From contig CAXXUA010000013.1 of the NCBI GenBank assembly GCA_963663765.2, forward strand, positions 256,001 to 320,000: a stretch of 64,000 nucleotides of DNA. Direction: 5' to 3'. Origin of the DNA: Candidatus Poribacteria bacterium. GTDB lineage: Bacteria > Poribacteria > WGA-4E > WGA-3G. Position numbers and translations under genes: made by a program. The number at the start of each line of letters is the position of its first letter. The first letter of the stretch is position 1. Below the pieces are notes generated by a model. The model saw only the letters and a list, made by a program, of their open reading frames with translations. It had not been told where the DNA came from and made no database searches. Positions 33,401 through 42,816 of the stretch are shown here, piece after piece.

Positions 33401-34472
33401 CTAAATCATAACGTGCCCCATCAAAAAAGAGACGTTCTAAACATGTAGAAGCAGATTCACGTGTGGGGGCATCACCCGGACGAAGCGTCCTAAATATCTC
33501 AAGCAGTGCACCTTCTTGTAATGTACCCCCTGCATAAGCTTTTACAGTGTCCCGAGAAAGAGTGTTTCGTAGATATCTCAATTCTTGTTCGTCTGTTTCT
33601 ACTAATACTTCAATCTTTTGTACTTTTGCTTCTGTCAGTCTGTCAAATTCTAATTCTGACAACTTCGTATTTGATTCAAGGAGTACCTCGCCAGTTTCTT
33701 TGTCTATAACAGGATCAACGATAATACGACCAATTACATCTGGAGACAGTTTCACCTCTTCAGAACTACTGAACAATCTTAGTATATCTGCGTCAGTTTC
33801 CCAACCGAGAGCCCGTAAGAGAACTGTTGCTAATATTTTCTTTTTACGATCCAATCGCACGTGAATACAGTCCTTTGAATCAAATTCAAACTCTATCCAA
33901 GCACCACGGTATGGAATAATTTGACCTGTTGGTAATTTCTGAACACTTGTTGCACTTGATTTATCAAGGAATATCACACCAGGTGATCGTTGTAACTGAT
34001 TAACAATAACACGTTCCGAACCGTTTATGATAAAAGTGCCATTTTCAGTCATCAGTGGGATATCACCCAGATAGACTTCGGATTCGGTAATGTCAAGAAC
34101 ACGTGTTTGTCCTGTGTCTTCATCTTTTTCACGTTCAACACACATCAGACGTGCTTGTAATCTTACTTGATAGTTCAACCCACGTGCCTGACAATCCATT
34201 AGGTCGTGTGTTGGAGGACTCAAAGTATAACTGACAAATTCAAGACTTGTTGTCTCTTTGAAATCATATATCGGAAAAACTTCTTTGAACAGTGCTTGCA
34301 GCCCAACTGACGCGCGTTCGTTTTCTGGAACATTACGTTGTATAAATGCGGCATAAGAACGTTTCTGAGTTTCAATAAGATTGGGCAGGTCAATTACCGA
34401 AGGGGTTTTAGAAAAGGAGACGCGCTGACGTAACGCTGCAGGTCTTCCATTCGTTGTTTTATTTTTAGGCAT
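30447..34472 (-). CDS. rpoB: RNA polymerase beta subunit
   Basis: GTFIINGSERV, ETPEGP, GDKMAGRYGNKG, GGQRLGEMEVWALEAYGA; ATG 34472 after AAGGTGG preferred over 34517. Confidence 0.98.
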   Translation of the reverse strand: MPKNKTTNGRPAALRQRVSFSKTPSVIDLPNLIETQKRSYAAFIQRNVPENERASVGLQALFKEVFPIYDFKETTSLEFVSYTLSPPTHDLMDCQARGLNYQVRLQARLMCVEREKDEDTGQTRVLDITESEVYLGDIPLMTENGTFIINGSERVIVNQLQRSPGVIFLDKSSATSVQKLPTGQIIPYRGAWIEFEFDSKDCIHVRLDRKKKILATVLLRALGWETDADILRLFSSSEEVKLSPDVIGRIIVDPVIDKETGEVLLESNTKLSELEFDRLTEAKVQKIEVLVETDEQELRYLRNTLSRDTVKAYAGGTLQEGALLEIFRTLRPGDAPTRESASTCLERLFFDGARYDLGTVGRYKLNSQLSDSTVYPDESGEIPKEDIRVLRPKDIAATLQHLMDIRNGLRLVDDLDHLGNRRVRVIGELLENQFRIALLQIRRAAREKLSSTSDAQLKNPKNLVNPKPLMSSLREFFGSNQLSQFMQQINPLDELTHKRRISAIGPGGLHRDRATAAVRDVHRTHYGRVCPLETPEGPSIGLIVSLATFARVNPYGFLETPYRAVRKGKITKDVEFLTADAEDRYHIAPADAISPRNKLSTLRSRKGEEIIECDLEDIDYIGIAPQQIVGVSAALVPFLEHEDANRALMGANHQRQAVPLICPEAPWVGTGMEHRAARDANAMVVAHRGGVVSSVDAEEVLIRTGQALHLEEGEHGFSEMGYDVYKLKNFKRSNSGTCIHQRPRVNIGDVVEAGDVIADGTATEGGELALGRNILCAYMPWGGHNFEDSILISESLIKDDTFTSIHIEEFEVAARQTKMGDEEITRDIPNMSARSLAQLDDEGIIRVGSVVGTGSILVGKISPKGESEYGPEEKLLRAIFGEKVKEVKDASAYTRPGVEGVVIDVKVFSRHTSPNSEKTAWRQEALRKQIEQTWKEQCDQVTERLVEELRETLTNKELAYPTTFDTDDKDDAKDNTASVRQLQTGDVLTREYLDVLSQNELETLQITDTNATSYIKSLHELASGRINAYTEEKDEALEKLEAGEELKPGVLKLVKVYVASRRPISIGDKMAGRYGNKGVVAKILPEEDMPYLPDGTPVDIVLNPLGVPSRMNVGQILEIHLGLACHQLGLYVSSPVFDGATEEEVFEMLAKTVLPDNVKKTGKSILFDGRTGEPFGQEVTVGHVYFLKLNHLVADKMHARSTGPYSLVTQQPLGGKAQHGGQRLGEMEVWALEAYGAAHTLQEMLTIKSDDVKGRTKIYESIVKGQSPLKPGTPESFNVLVRELQSLGLNVELSEGDRDGADSEHSSLLDAGFPLLHTIDTLEPIEEEPPLRLTWNTDDSE

Positions 34473-34612
34473 AGATTTCCACCTTGCTCGGTTTGTAGAC
34501 GGTTTGAAGTTTCGCACGCTTATACTTTATTATTCGACAAGTTGATGATTCTCTTTATTAGCAAATAGTTAAGTAAAGGTTCTCGTTGTAAAAGAAATTC
34601 ACTTATTATGAT

Positions 34613-34734
34613 CAGGACTTACGCACCCAACGGTAGGCGTGCTTTGTAAGCGCGCCGGAAACCTAAAAAATGCTGAAAATTACATCGTTTTCGTCTTAAT
34701 TCTTAATTGGATCATGAAAACTGCGTAAGTCCTG
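34613..34734. mobile_element. MITE family A, copy 2 (122 bp)
   Basis: Perfect 13-bp TIR CAGGACTTACGCA/TGCGTAAGTCCTG; TSD atgat. Confidence 0.88.
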
Positions 34735-35352
34735 ATGATAAAGGTATCAGTACTATTTCATTTTGCCTTAGATTACATAAACATTTTTTATCTTAGCACA
34801 GTACGGTATCATGTTGGATTGTGAGTAGCAGATGATAAACTATATCTCGCAACCAACATAAGTGGTTCATTTCACTTTGTCTTCACAAAAAATATGAATT
34901 CGTTGAAGACCGAATATTACAAATTTAAATACGGGGATTGTAATTTTTAGAGTTGACACAGTCTAATTGGGTTTGTCTTTTCCGATAACTAAATTGTCTA
35001 ACCAGTTGACAATTCGGTATCTTATGGGTTAATTCTGGTTTTAAGCAAACTATTTGTATGAATGTACTCTTCCTTGGAAATGGGTTTGATACGAATGATA
35101 ACAATAGGTAGAACATTAGACTTCTACAAACTTTCTTTGTTAACAGGAAGTCGGCGCGACAAATCACTTGACTTCACATACCCGACTGATAGGTAGATGA
35201 AGCACTTGATTACCTCCTGCACACATTAGATAATTGTGTTCACTGTTGTTATGATACAAAAACAGTTGCCTATTTTTTGAAGAAGGTGTATACTTCCATA
35301 AAAGAAATTACCATGCCTACACTTTAGCAACTACCCAAAACCTTAACGTATT

Positions 35353-35382
35353 ATTATACATTAATACATATAGTATTGTCAA
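35353..35382 (-). promoter_or_regulatory. consensus sigma70 promoter facing rpoB
   Basis: Minus strand TTGACA-18bp(ending TG)-TATAAT. Confidence 0.65.
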
Positions 35383-35500
35383 GAAAAAATGCAAAATATA
35401 TTCGTTTTTCTCAATTTCTTTACACCCTCATTCCCTATTTTCTACAAATAATTTGGAGCAATGCAAAAAACGTTTACTAAACTATCAATCTGTAAAAATT

Positions 35501-36031
35501 ATGAGTACAATTATTGAACAGTTACCTGTTAAAACGATCATCGGTGTTCTCACAGCAGAACCTAAAATCTTACCTACTGTTTATAAACAACTTACTCACC
35601 AATTTGGTCCCATTGACTACAAAAGTCCAATCATTCCATTTACATGGTCAACCTACTACGAGAAAGAAATGGGTCATGAAATAAAACGACAATTTATCAG
35701 TTTTGAGAACTTGATGCATGCAGACACTTTAGGAAAAAAGAAGCAGTTGACAATTCAGCTGGAGCAAGAATATCTGAAAGAGGGCACAACTCACAGACGC
35801 GTCAACTTGGATGTAGGTTATATTTGCATGGCAAAATTAGTACTTGCATCTACGAAAGACAACGCCCACCGAATCTATCTTAGTGATGGAATCTATGCAG
35901 AAATAACTCTCAGGTACTATAAGAAAACCTTCCAACCGTGGGAATGGACTTATCCAGATTATCGTTCCACCCAATACATAGACATTTTTAACCATATTCG
36001 CACAATCTATAGGGAGCAACTCAATACATGA
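35501..36031 (+). CDS. DUF4416 family protein
   Basis: TYYEKEMG, RRVNLDVGY, LVLASTKDNAHRIYL, PWEWTYPDY. Confidence 0.85.
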   Translation: MSTIIEQLPVKTIIGVLTAEPKILPTVYKQLTHQFGPIDYKSPIIPFTWSTYYEKEMGHEIKRQFISFENLMHADTLGKKKQLTIQLEQEYLKEGTTHRRVNLDVGYICMAKLVLASTKDNAHRIYLSDGIYAEITLRYYKKTFQPWEWTYPDYRSTQYIDIFNHIRTIYREQLNT

Positions 36032-37221
36032 ACATAAGTGACATAATTCACAAAATTATGAATATTAGAAAAACCACGCGCTTGATATTAAGTTCCAAAA
36101 TTATTATTGTTTTGTCATTTTGCTGTTTGCTTTCATATATCACGAATCTAACAACAGCACAGGAAGCTAAAACTGATCGTATGCGTGCCCGTGTACTGGG
36201 TATCAACATTGGCACATTGGCTACAGGAGAATTTAACGCGATCACTGATGTTGATGGAGTTAAGGTAGGTCACATAACTTTGAACGAAGGTGCGTCTATT
36301 CGCACGGGTGTAACAGCGATCCTTCCTCACGATGATATATGGAAAAAACGTTATTTCGGCGCAGCACACACTATACATGGCAACGGTGAAGCAACCGGAA
36401 TCGCACGAATAAATCAAGCAGGGTGGATTGAATCACCTATATTGCTGACAAACACCTTGAGTGTTGGGGCTGTTCACGATGGCGTTGTGCGGTATATTAT
36501 CAAGCGATATCCTAACGACAACATTATTCTACCGATTGTTACGGAATGTTATGACGGTGGGTTGAACGACATCAGCGGTTTACATGTTAAACCTGAACAT
36601 GCAATCAATGCAATAGAAAATGCAAAATCTGGCAAAGTAGCGGAAGGTTGTGTCGGTGGTGGCACAGGTATGCGTTGTTATGGATTCAAAGCAGGTATCG
36701 GTACAGCTTCACGTGTGCTCCCGCAGAATAGAGGAGGTTGGAAAGTGGGTGTATTGGTGAACTCTAACGGAGGAAGACGGCACCAATTGCGGATTGACGG
36801 CGTGCCAGTCGGAAAAGCGTTAGATGATGATCAGATGGAACAAGGCAGGGATGGTTCGTTTATTATCGTTATCGCAACTGATGCACCGATGTCACATCGC
36901 CAGTTGAAACAGTTAGCAATGCGAGCAACACACGGTCTTGCACGCACAGGAACACCTAGTACTGACAGCAGTGGTGAGTTCGTTATTGCTTTTTCCACAG
37001 CGAATGTATTTCCAAGCAGCACTGAAAACGGCACATTCCAGATACAGATGGTTGTGAACAGACAATTGAGTACGCTATTTCAAGCCGCCATTGAAGCAAC
37101 TGAGGAAGCAATTATCAACTCAATGACAATGGCAACAACCACGACAGGTCGAAACGATAGAACTATGCCAGCAATCCCGCTGGATCAGTTGAGAAAAATT
37201 ATGAAACAGTATGGACGTTGA
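36028..37221 (+). CDS. peptidase S58 (DmpA/P1 family) aminopeptidase
   Basis: NAITDVDGVKVGH, RTGVTAILP, EGCVGGGTGM, DGSFII autoprocessing site, AIEATEEAI. Confidence 0.92.
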   Translation: MNISDIIHKIMNIRKTTRLILSSKIIIVLSFCCLLSYITNLTTAQEAKTDRMRARVLGINIGTLATGEFNAITDVDGVKVGHITLNEGASIRTGVTAILPHDDIWKKRYFGAAHTIHGNGEATGIARINQAGWIESPILLTNTLSVGAVHDGVVRYIIKRYPNDNIILPIVTECYDGGLNDISGLHVKPEHAINAIENAKSGKVAEGCVGGGTGMRCYGFKAGIGTASRVLPQNRGGWKVGVLVNSNGGRRHQLRIDGVPVGKALDDDQMEQGRDGSFIIVIATDAPMSHRQLKQLAMRATHGLARTGTPSTDSSGEFVIAFSTANVFPSSTENGTFQIQMVVNRQLSTLFQAAIEATEEAIINSMTMATTTTGRNDRTMPAIPLDQLRKIMKQYGR

Positions 37222-37461
37222 GTAAATGGTGGGAATGATTCACTCAAGTGAATGCTTGACTCAGGCTTAACATTAGTAGTAAAATATACAACCTATCTCA
37301 AGAATGATAGAAGGGGTTTCTAACCCCGATTTACAGACCCACGATCTGGTCGAATTATACAAAATCACTGTTACTTGAGATACTCTGAAGTATATTTTTG
37401 GTTAGTAAAACGCACTAACACTGCTTTCTAAGATCTTTGGTGATTAATCATTTTACTTATA

Positions 37462-37616
37462 CAGGACTTACGCACAAAACGGTAGGCGGGAATGCCTAAA
37501 TGGCATTCATACCGTTGATTTGGCACTTTGTAAGCGCGCTGGAAACAAAAAATGTTAAACATTACACCATTTTCGTCATAATTCTTGATTTAATTATGAA
37601 AACTGCGTAAGTCCTG
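37462..37616. mobile_element. MITE family A, copy 3 (155 bp, extra internal hairpin)
   Basis: Same 13-bp TIR; flanks ttata/ttatg; extra gaatgcc-taaat-ggcattc hairpin. Confidence 0.85.
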
Positions 37617-37651
37617 TTATGTTTTCATTTCTTGATAGTAAAGGAGCAAAT

Positions 37652-38479
37652 ATGAAACGTTATTTTTCTCTAATTGTGATATTAGTATTTGGTTTATTGT
37701 CGTTCAATACAAGTGCGCAACTTACCAAAGGTTTACATTTCTATATGCCTTTTGAGGAAGGTGAAGGAAATATTGCTAAGGACGTTGGTCCAAAGGGTTT
37801 TGAAGCAACTTTGCATGCTACTGCGAAATTTGTTGAAGATGGTAAGTATGGAGGAGCAATTGAGTTTTCTGCGGGTTCTGCAAAGATAGCCGAACCGGGT
37901 GGAAAAAGCGAGCTTTACACTGAGCATCTCACAGTTGCTGTTTGGATATACCCTTATGAAATATCAGCTGAAGCACTCGGTACCGGACACCTCTACGGGA
38001 ATATCTTTTTTCACAAGTCTGGTTCAAGTGATGATAACGTGGAATTTGGACTCGGCAACGGTCAAGGATTGTACTGGTATATCAATGCTGGTCAAAAGGA
38101 CATGGGGCCATTTGACGGGACTGATGTTGATATAACAATTCCTTTACCTGAATTGGGGATGCAGACAGACACTTGGTATCACGTCGTTGGCACTTTTGAC
38201 AGTGACAGCCTTCGTATCTACCTTGATGGTGAATTAAAAGGAGAGAAACCTGTACCCGCAAATGGTCCTGCGATGATCTGGAATGATAACCCTATTGAAT
38301 TTGGAGGTCGTGGCACTGCTGAGAATTCTTACAAAGGGTTAATGGATGAACTGGTTGTGTACGATCGTGCAATAACTGAGGATGAAGTCGTCAGAGTAAT
38401 GAACGCAAGAGATTTCTTTGCTGTTGATGCTGGAGGTAAACTGACAACAACTTGGGCTGATTTGAAAATGGGATGGTAG
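37652..38479 (+). CDS. secreted LamG/concanavalin A-like domain protein
   Basis: Signal peptide, GKYGGAIEF, TVAVWI, WYHVVGTFD, YLDGEL, GLMDELVVYDRA; tail AVDAGGKLTTTWADLK. Confidence 0.9.
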   Translation: MKRYFSLIVILVFGLLSFNTSAQLTKGLHFYMPFEEGEGNIAKDVGPKGFEATLHATAKFVEDGKYGGAIEFSAGSAKIAEPGGKSELYTEHLTVAVWIYPYEISAEALGTGHLYGNIFFHKSGSSDDNVEFGLGNGQGLYWYINAGQKDMGPFDGTDVDITIPLPELGMQTDTWYHVVGTFDSDSLRIYLDGELKGEKPVPANGPAMIWNDNPIEFGGRGTAENSYKGLMDELVVYDRAITEDEVVRVMNARDFFAVDAGGKLTTTWADLKMGW

Positions 38480-38537
38480 TAATTTATTGAATCATATGCC
38501 ATATTGCAATCTTGAAATAATATCTGATTCAATTAAA

Positions 38538-38719
38538 CTCTACTTACGCAAAAACGGTAGGCGGTGAATGCCTAAAGAAGCATGCGCGTATGGCATGCTC
38601 CATGATTCATACCGTTGATTTGGTGCTTTGTAAGCGCGCTGGAAACCTATAAAAAAGCTGATAATTACACCATTTTCATCATAATTCTTGATTAAAACAA
38701 GAAAACTGCGTAAGTCCTG
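38538..38719. mobile_element. MITE family A, copy 4 (182 bp, nested hairpins)
   Basis: Right TIR intact, left degenerate (ctctACTTACGCA); TSD ttaaa. Confidence 0.82.
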
Positions 38720-38802
38720 TTAAACTCAACTAAAGTACGCTTATTGTTTAGGAATAGTGTTGCTAATAATGAAATATCCGCACTCCTTGGTGTGATTTCA
38801 TC

Positions 38803-38831
38803 TTGACATTCCCTTCTGTCCCTTGTATACT
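38803..38831 (+). promoter_or_regulatory. sigma70-type promoter
   Basis: TTGACA-17bp-TATACT about 60 bp upstream of 38890. Confidence 0.6.
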
Positions 38832-38889
38832 TACACAAGAAAAATTTCTTAGTAATTGTATCAGTAAGTACAAATTATAAGGGTATGAA

Positions 38890-40113
38890 ATGAGACAATT
38901 TACAGATTCGGAGTTGTTAGAAATAATTTCAGAGGATGAAGCAGACCGTGTTGAGTTTAAAGAGTCATTGTCTGGAGATTCTCCTGGAAAAATCAGAGAG
39001 GACATCTGTGCCTTTGCTAATGATTTACCCAATCACGAAAAACCCGGATTCGTTTTTGTAGATGTTAAGAAGGACAAAACTATCGTAGGTCTACGGGTTA
39101 CAGATGAATTGCTGCTGCAGTTAGCGGATATGAAAACTGATGGGAATATTGTGCCACCACCATCTCTTACCGTAGAAAAACGTGTGTTAGAAGGGAAAGA
39201 AGTTGCGGTTGTTAAGGTGGAACCCTCCGATTCTCCCCCAGTTCGATACAAAGGTACTATTCGTATCCGTATAGGTTCCCGTCGAGACGTTGCCACGGCA
39301 CAAGATGTAAGGATCCTCAACGAAAAACGACGATATGGAGACCGTCCGTTTGACTTGTATCCTATCCCTACTTCCAGCATTTCGGATCTAAATTTAGGAA
39401 TGTTCAATTATGAGTACTTACCCCAAGCTGTTTCTCAAGAAATATTGGAACAAAATGAGCGCACCCTGAATGAACAATTGACGGCTACAAAAATGATCAT
39501 AGCAGATGATCAACCAACACCCACTGTACTTGGAATTCTTACACTCGGGAAGAATCCACAAGATTTCTTATTTGGTGCTTACGTGCAGTTTCTAAGAATT
39601 GATGGCGATGAACTGACAGATGAAATTATTGACAGTGAGGATATCCGTGGGGCAATTTCAGACCAAATTCGGCGCTTAGATGATAAACTCATCGCGCATA
39701 ACCGGGTTGCCGTTGATATTTTGTCCGGTCCTGTTGAAAAACGCACGTCACTTTATCCGATTGAGGCATTACAGCAGATTACCCGAAATGCTATTATGCA
39801 CCGGACGTATGAAGGTACAAATGCTCCTGTCCGTGTGTACTGGTTCAACGATCGGATTGAGATAATTAGTCCCGGAGGTATATTCGGTGCTTTAACACCA
39901 GAGAAATTTGGCAAACCAGGTATTACCGACTATCGGAACCCCAATTTGGCAGAAGCGATGAGGACGCTTGGTTTTGTGCAACATTTCGGCATGGGAATAT
40001 TAATTGCGAGAAAAGTTTTGAAAGGAGCAGGTCATCCAGAACCTATATTTGAAATTGATAATGCTTATGCAATCGCTACAATAAAAACGGTGTCAAATAC
40101 CAAGAGGACATAG
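38890..40113 (+). CDS. AlbA_2 (Schlafen-like) domain protein with RecG-C/HATPase_c_4-like domain
   Basis: EADRVEFKES, ICAFAN, YPIEALQQITRNAIMHRTY, DRIEIISPGG, YRNPNLAEAM. Confidence 0.85.
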   Translation: MRQFTDSELLEIISEDEADRVEFKESLSGDSPGKIREDICAFANDLPNHEKPGFVFVDVKKDKTIVGLRVTDELLLQLADMKTDGNIVPPPSLTVEKRVLEGKEVAVVKVEPSDSPPVRYKGTIRIRIGSRRDVATAQDVRILNEKRRYGDRPFDLYPIPTSSISDLNLGMFNYEYLPQAVSQEILEQNERTLNEQLTATKMIIADDQPTPTVLGILTLGKNPQDFLFGAYVQFLRIDGDELTDEIIDSEDIRGAISDQIRRLDDKLIAHNRVAVDILSGPVEKRTSLYPIEALQQITRNAIMHRTYEGTNAPVRVYWFNDRIEIISPGGIFGALTPEKFGKPGITDYRNPNLAEAMRTLGFVQHFGMGILIARKVLKGAGHPEPIFEIDNAYAIATIKTVSNTKRT

Positions 40114-40115
40114 CA

Positions 40116-41153
40116 ATGCCTGTACCAGTTCTAACTTTTTTTAACAATAAAGGTGATGTTGGTAAAACATCTCTTGTTTATCATCTTGCGTGGATGTTGT
40201 TTGATCTTGGCTATCGGGTATTGGCTTGTGACCTTGATCCGCAAGCAAATCTTACAGCAGCGTTTTTAGACGAAAAACGTTTAGAAAGCCTTTGGGATGA
40301 AAGTGAATCATCCGCTAAACTCGGAGCCACAATCTTTGAGAGTGTAAAACCGTTGACAGAAGTTGGTGACCTGCTCCCACCATATCTTCAAAAAGTTACC
40401 TCAGAGTCACATCAGTCTGAAGATTTAAATCTGATACCAGGGGACTTAGCTTTAGCGGAATTTGAGGACATACTATCCGCTGAATGGCCAAATGCAATGG
40501 GTTCAAGTAGTTTGTATCGTCCATTCAGAATTTTGACAGCATTTTCTACAATTATGCAACAAGGCGCATCCGACATGGATGCCTCAATAATCTTAGTTGA
40601 CGTTGGTCCGAATCTTGGCGCGATAAACCGTTCTTCACTCATTGCAAGTGATTATGTAGTTGTTCCTCTAGGTGCTGATCTGTTTTCATTACGCGGGTTA
40701 CAAAACTTAGGTCCAACACTTAAACGATGGCGGCAGGATTGGAAACTTAGGAAAGACAATTGGGAAAGTCCTGATTTTGCGCTTCCTATAGGGAGGATGG
40801 AACCTATCGGATATATAATGCAGCAACACGGTGTTCATCTTGGACGTCCGGTTAAAGCTTATGACAAATGGGTTAATCGAATGCCAAAAGAATATGCTCG
40901 GAACTTATTGGAAGACGTGAAAGGTCCCTATCCTAGTACCCCGGAAAAAGATCCGCAAAATGCACTTGCTACAGTCAAACACTATCGAAGTCTTGTCCCG
41001 ATAGCGCAAGAGGCACGCAAACCTATTTTTCATCTCAAACCTGCTGACGGAGCAATTGGAGCCCATGCGACTGCTGCTCACAATGCATCCTTTGCCTTCA
41101 AAATTCTGGCAGAAAAAATAATAGATAGAATTGGAATTGCAAATGTGTTATAG
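40116..41153 (+). CDS. ParA/AAA_31-like ATPase
   Basis: FNNKGDVGKTS, DLDPQANLT, DVGPNLGAIN. Confidence 0.85.
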   Translation: MPVPVLTFFNNKGDVGKTSLVYHLAWMLFDLGYRVLACDLDPQANLTAAFLDEKRLESLWDESESSAKLGATIFESVKPLTEVGDLLPPYLQKVTSESHQSEDLNLIPGDLALAEFEDILSAEWPNAMGSSSLYRPFRILTAFSTIMQQGASDMDASIILVDVGPNLGAINRSSLIASDYVVVPLGADLFSLRGLQNLGPTLKRWRQDWKLRKDNWESPDFALPIGRMEPIGYIMQQHGVHLGRPVKAYDKWVNRMPKEYARNLLEDVKGPYPSTPEKDPQNALATVKHYRSLVPIAQEARKPIFHLKPADGAIGAHATAAHNASFAFKILAEKIIDRIGIANVL

Positions 41154-41269
41154 ATGCAAATGAAATCTTGATTGTTCTTTATGTTTATTTTGACAGGTTA
41201 TATTGGTATATCAATTCCGGACAAAGAGACAAGACAAGATTCAATAAATTTCCCCATGCCATAGAACAC

Positions 41270-41527
41270 TTATTTAACTCCGGGAAAATAAGAATCGCGC
41301 AAGAGATAGTCCATATTATTAGCGTCTAATTCACTGGATATGATATCCCTACACCAATCCCATCTCTTTTCCTTACCTTCTATCATTTCAATCACGAAAT
41401 TGTGTTCCGCATCTTCCAAAATAGTATTAGTTTCTGGATCTGTCTGAATAATGTCTACAGTAATTTTTTCATGTATCTTTTCACGAACCTTATCTATATC
41501 AGTTTTATCGTATGTGAACTCATCCAA
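41270..41527 (-). CDS. short hypothetical protein or gene remnant
   Basis: 85-aa acidic ORF with TTG start; no motif recognised. Confidence 0.35.
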   Translation of the reverse strand: MDEFTYDKTDIDKVREKIHEKITVDIIQTDPETNTILEDAEHNFVIEMIEGKEKRWDWCRDIISSELDANNMDYLLRDSYFPGVK

Positions 41528-41616
41528 TAAATGCTCCGAGACATGATCCGAGACATGACTAAAAGGTCCGTGTCCTCCGCGCCAATCCGCGATTCAGACA
41601 GTTATTTGTTGGACTG

Positions 41617-42814
41617 CTATGCCTGCGGGGGTGTTAGCAGTGCAGCGAAATCTTCTGGTAATTGAATACCGATTTCCTATTCAAAATCTTCAACGTTTGC
41701 GTAGTCTCTACGAAACTCATTTGAAACAATATTTTCCTGTTGTTCTTTGGGAATTTTTAAGTCTTCTTTTGCCATTTGCCATTCTTGCTAGATTAAACAC
41801 ACTACACCACGATTGTAATGATATGATCCAGGATTTTGAGCGTTATCAGGTTCGCGTCTTATTGCTTCATTGTGTTACTCTATAGCACGTTCATATTCAC
41901 CTATTTTACGGTAAGCAATACCACGGTTGTTATAATATTCGTCAGCAGAATTAGGATTCAGTTCTATTGCTTTGGTAAAGTCTTGAATTGAAGTTTCATA
42001 ATCCTTCTTTTTATCACGGTAAACGACCCCGCGATGGTTATAGACACCTGCAAAATCAATTTTTCGTTCTATTGCTTTTGTAAAATTCTCGATAGCAAGG
42101 TTAAATTCCCCTTTTTTCTCGTAAATCATACCAAGATTGAAATAGGGATTAGGATTATCGGGTTTAATGTCTATCGCCTTGTTTTGGTCTTCAACCGCAC
42201 GCGTGTAATCTTCTTTCTCCATATATACGAGTCCACGATTGAGATAAGCACATACAAAATGGACTTGATTTCTATTGCTTTGGTGAAATCTTGAATTGCA
42301 AAGTCATATTTCTTTATTTTACTGTAACATTAGCTCAAATGTAATAGAGTTCAACATCGTTATGTTTGAGTTTAATCGCAGCGTTATAGTCCGTTATGGC
42401 AAAATCGTCCTGCTTATTTTCGGCATAAGCAACACCCCGATTTTTATAAGCTTGGATATAATCAGGTTTGAGTTTAATCGCATACGTATAGGCTTCTATT
42501 GCCTTGTCATATTGGTTTAACATAATCAAAACGTTACCCCGTTCAAATAACCATTTAGTCAATTCTGCATTTGGCACGTTTTCAGTAATTTATCCAACAA
42601 TTATTTGTATACCTTCAACAACATTCAGCCACCCTTTACTCTCAGGATTCCATTCGTTAATATCGTAAATTGGCTTGCCTTTATCGGGAAGAGCTTGGAA
42701 ATCACTAAGTTGATAATTTTGCTAATCACAGTGTTCTAAGGATAATTGGGATCACTCTTTTGTTTAGATTTAACGCAGCAGATAATTCATTATTGCAATT
42801 TTTAGATGCAAGAT
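41617..42814 (-). pseudogene. decayed TIR-domain + TPR-repeat protein gene truncated by IS5
   Basis: Fragments across frames: LASKNCNNELSAAL..RVIPIIL/EHCD*/LSDFQALPDKGKPI..W (TIR C-half), several TPR units (YKNRGVAY, YNNRGIAY), tail IQLPEDFAALLTPPQA*; several stops and frameshifts. Confidence 0.8.
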
Positions 42815-42816
42815 TA

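Noticed and set aside
40116-41153. Chromosome or plasmid partition system
   Set aside because: No parB, parS-like site or rep gene nearby; the context is accessory.
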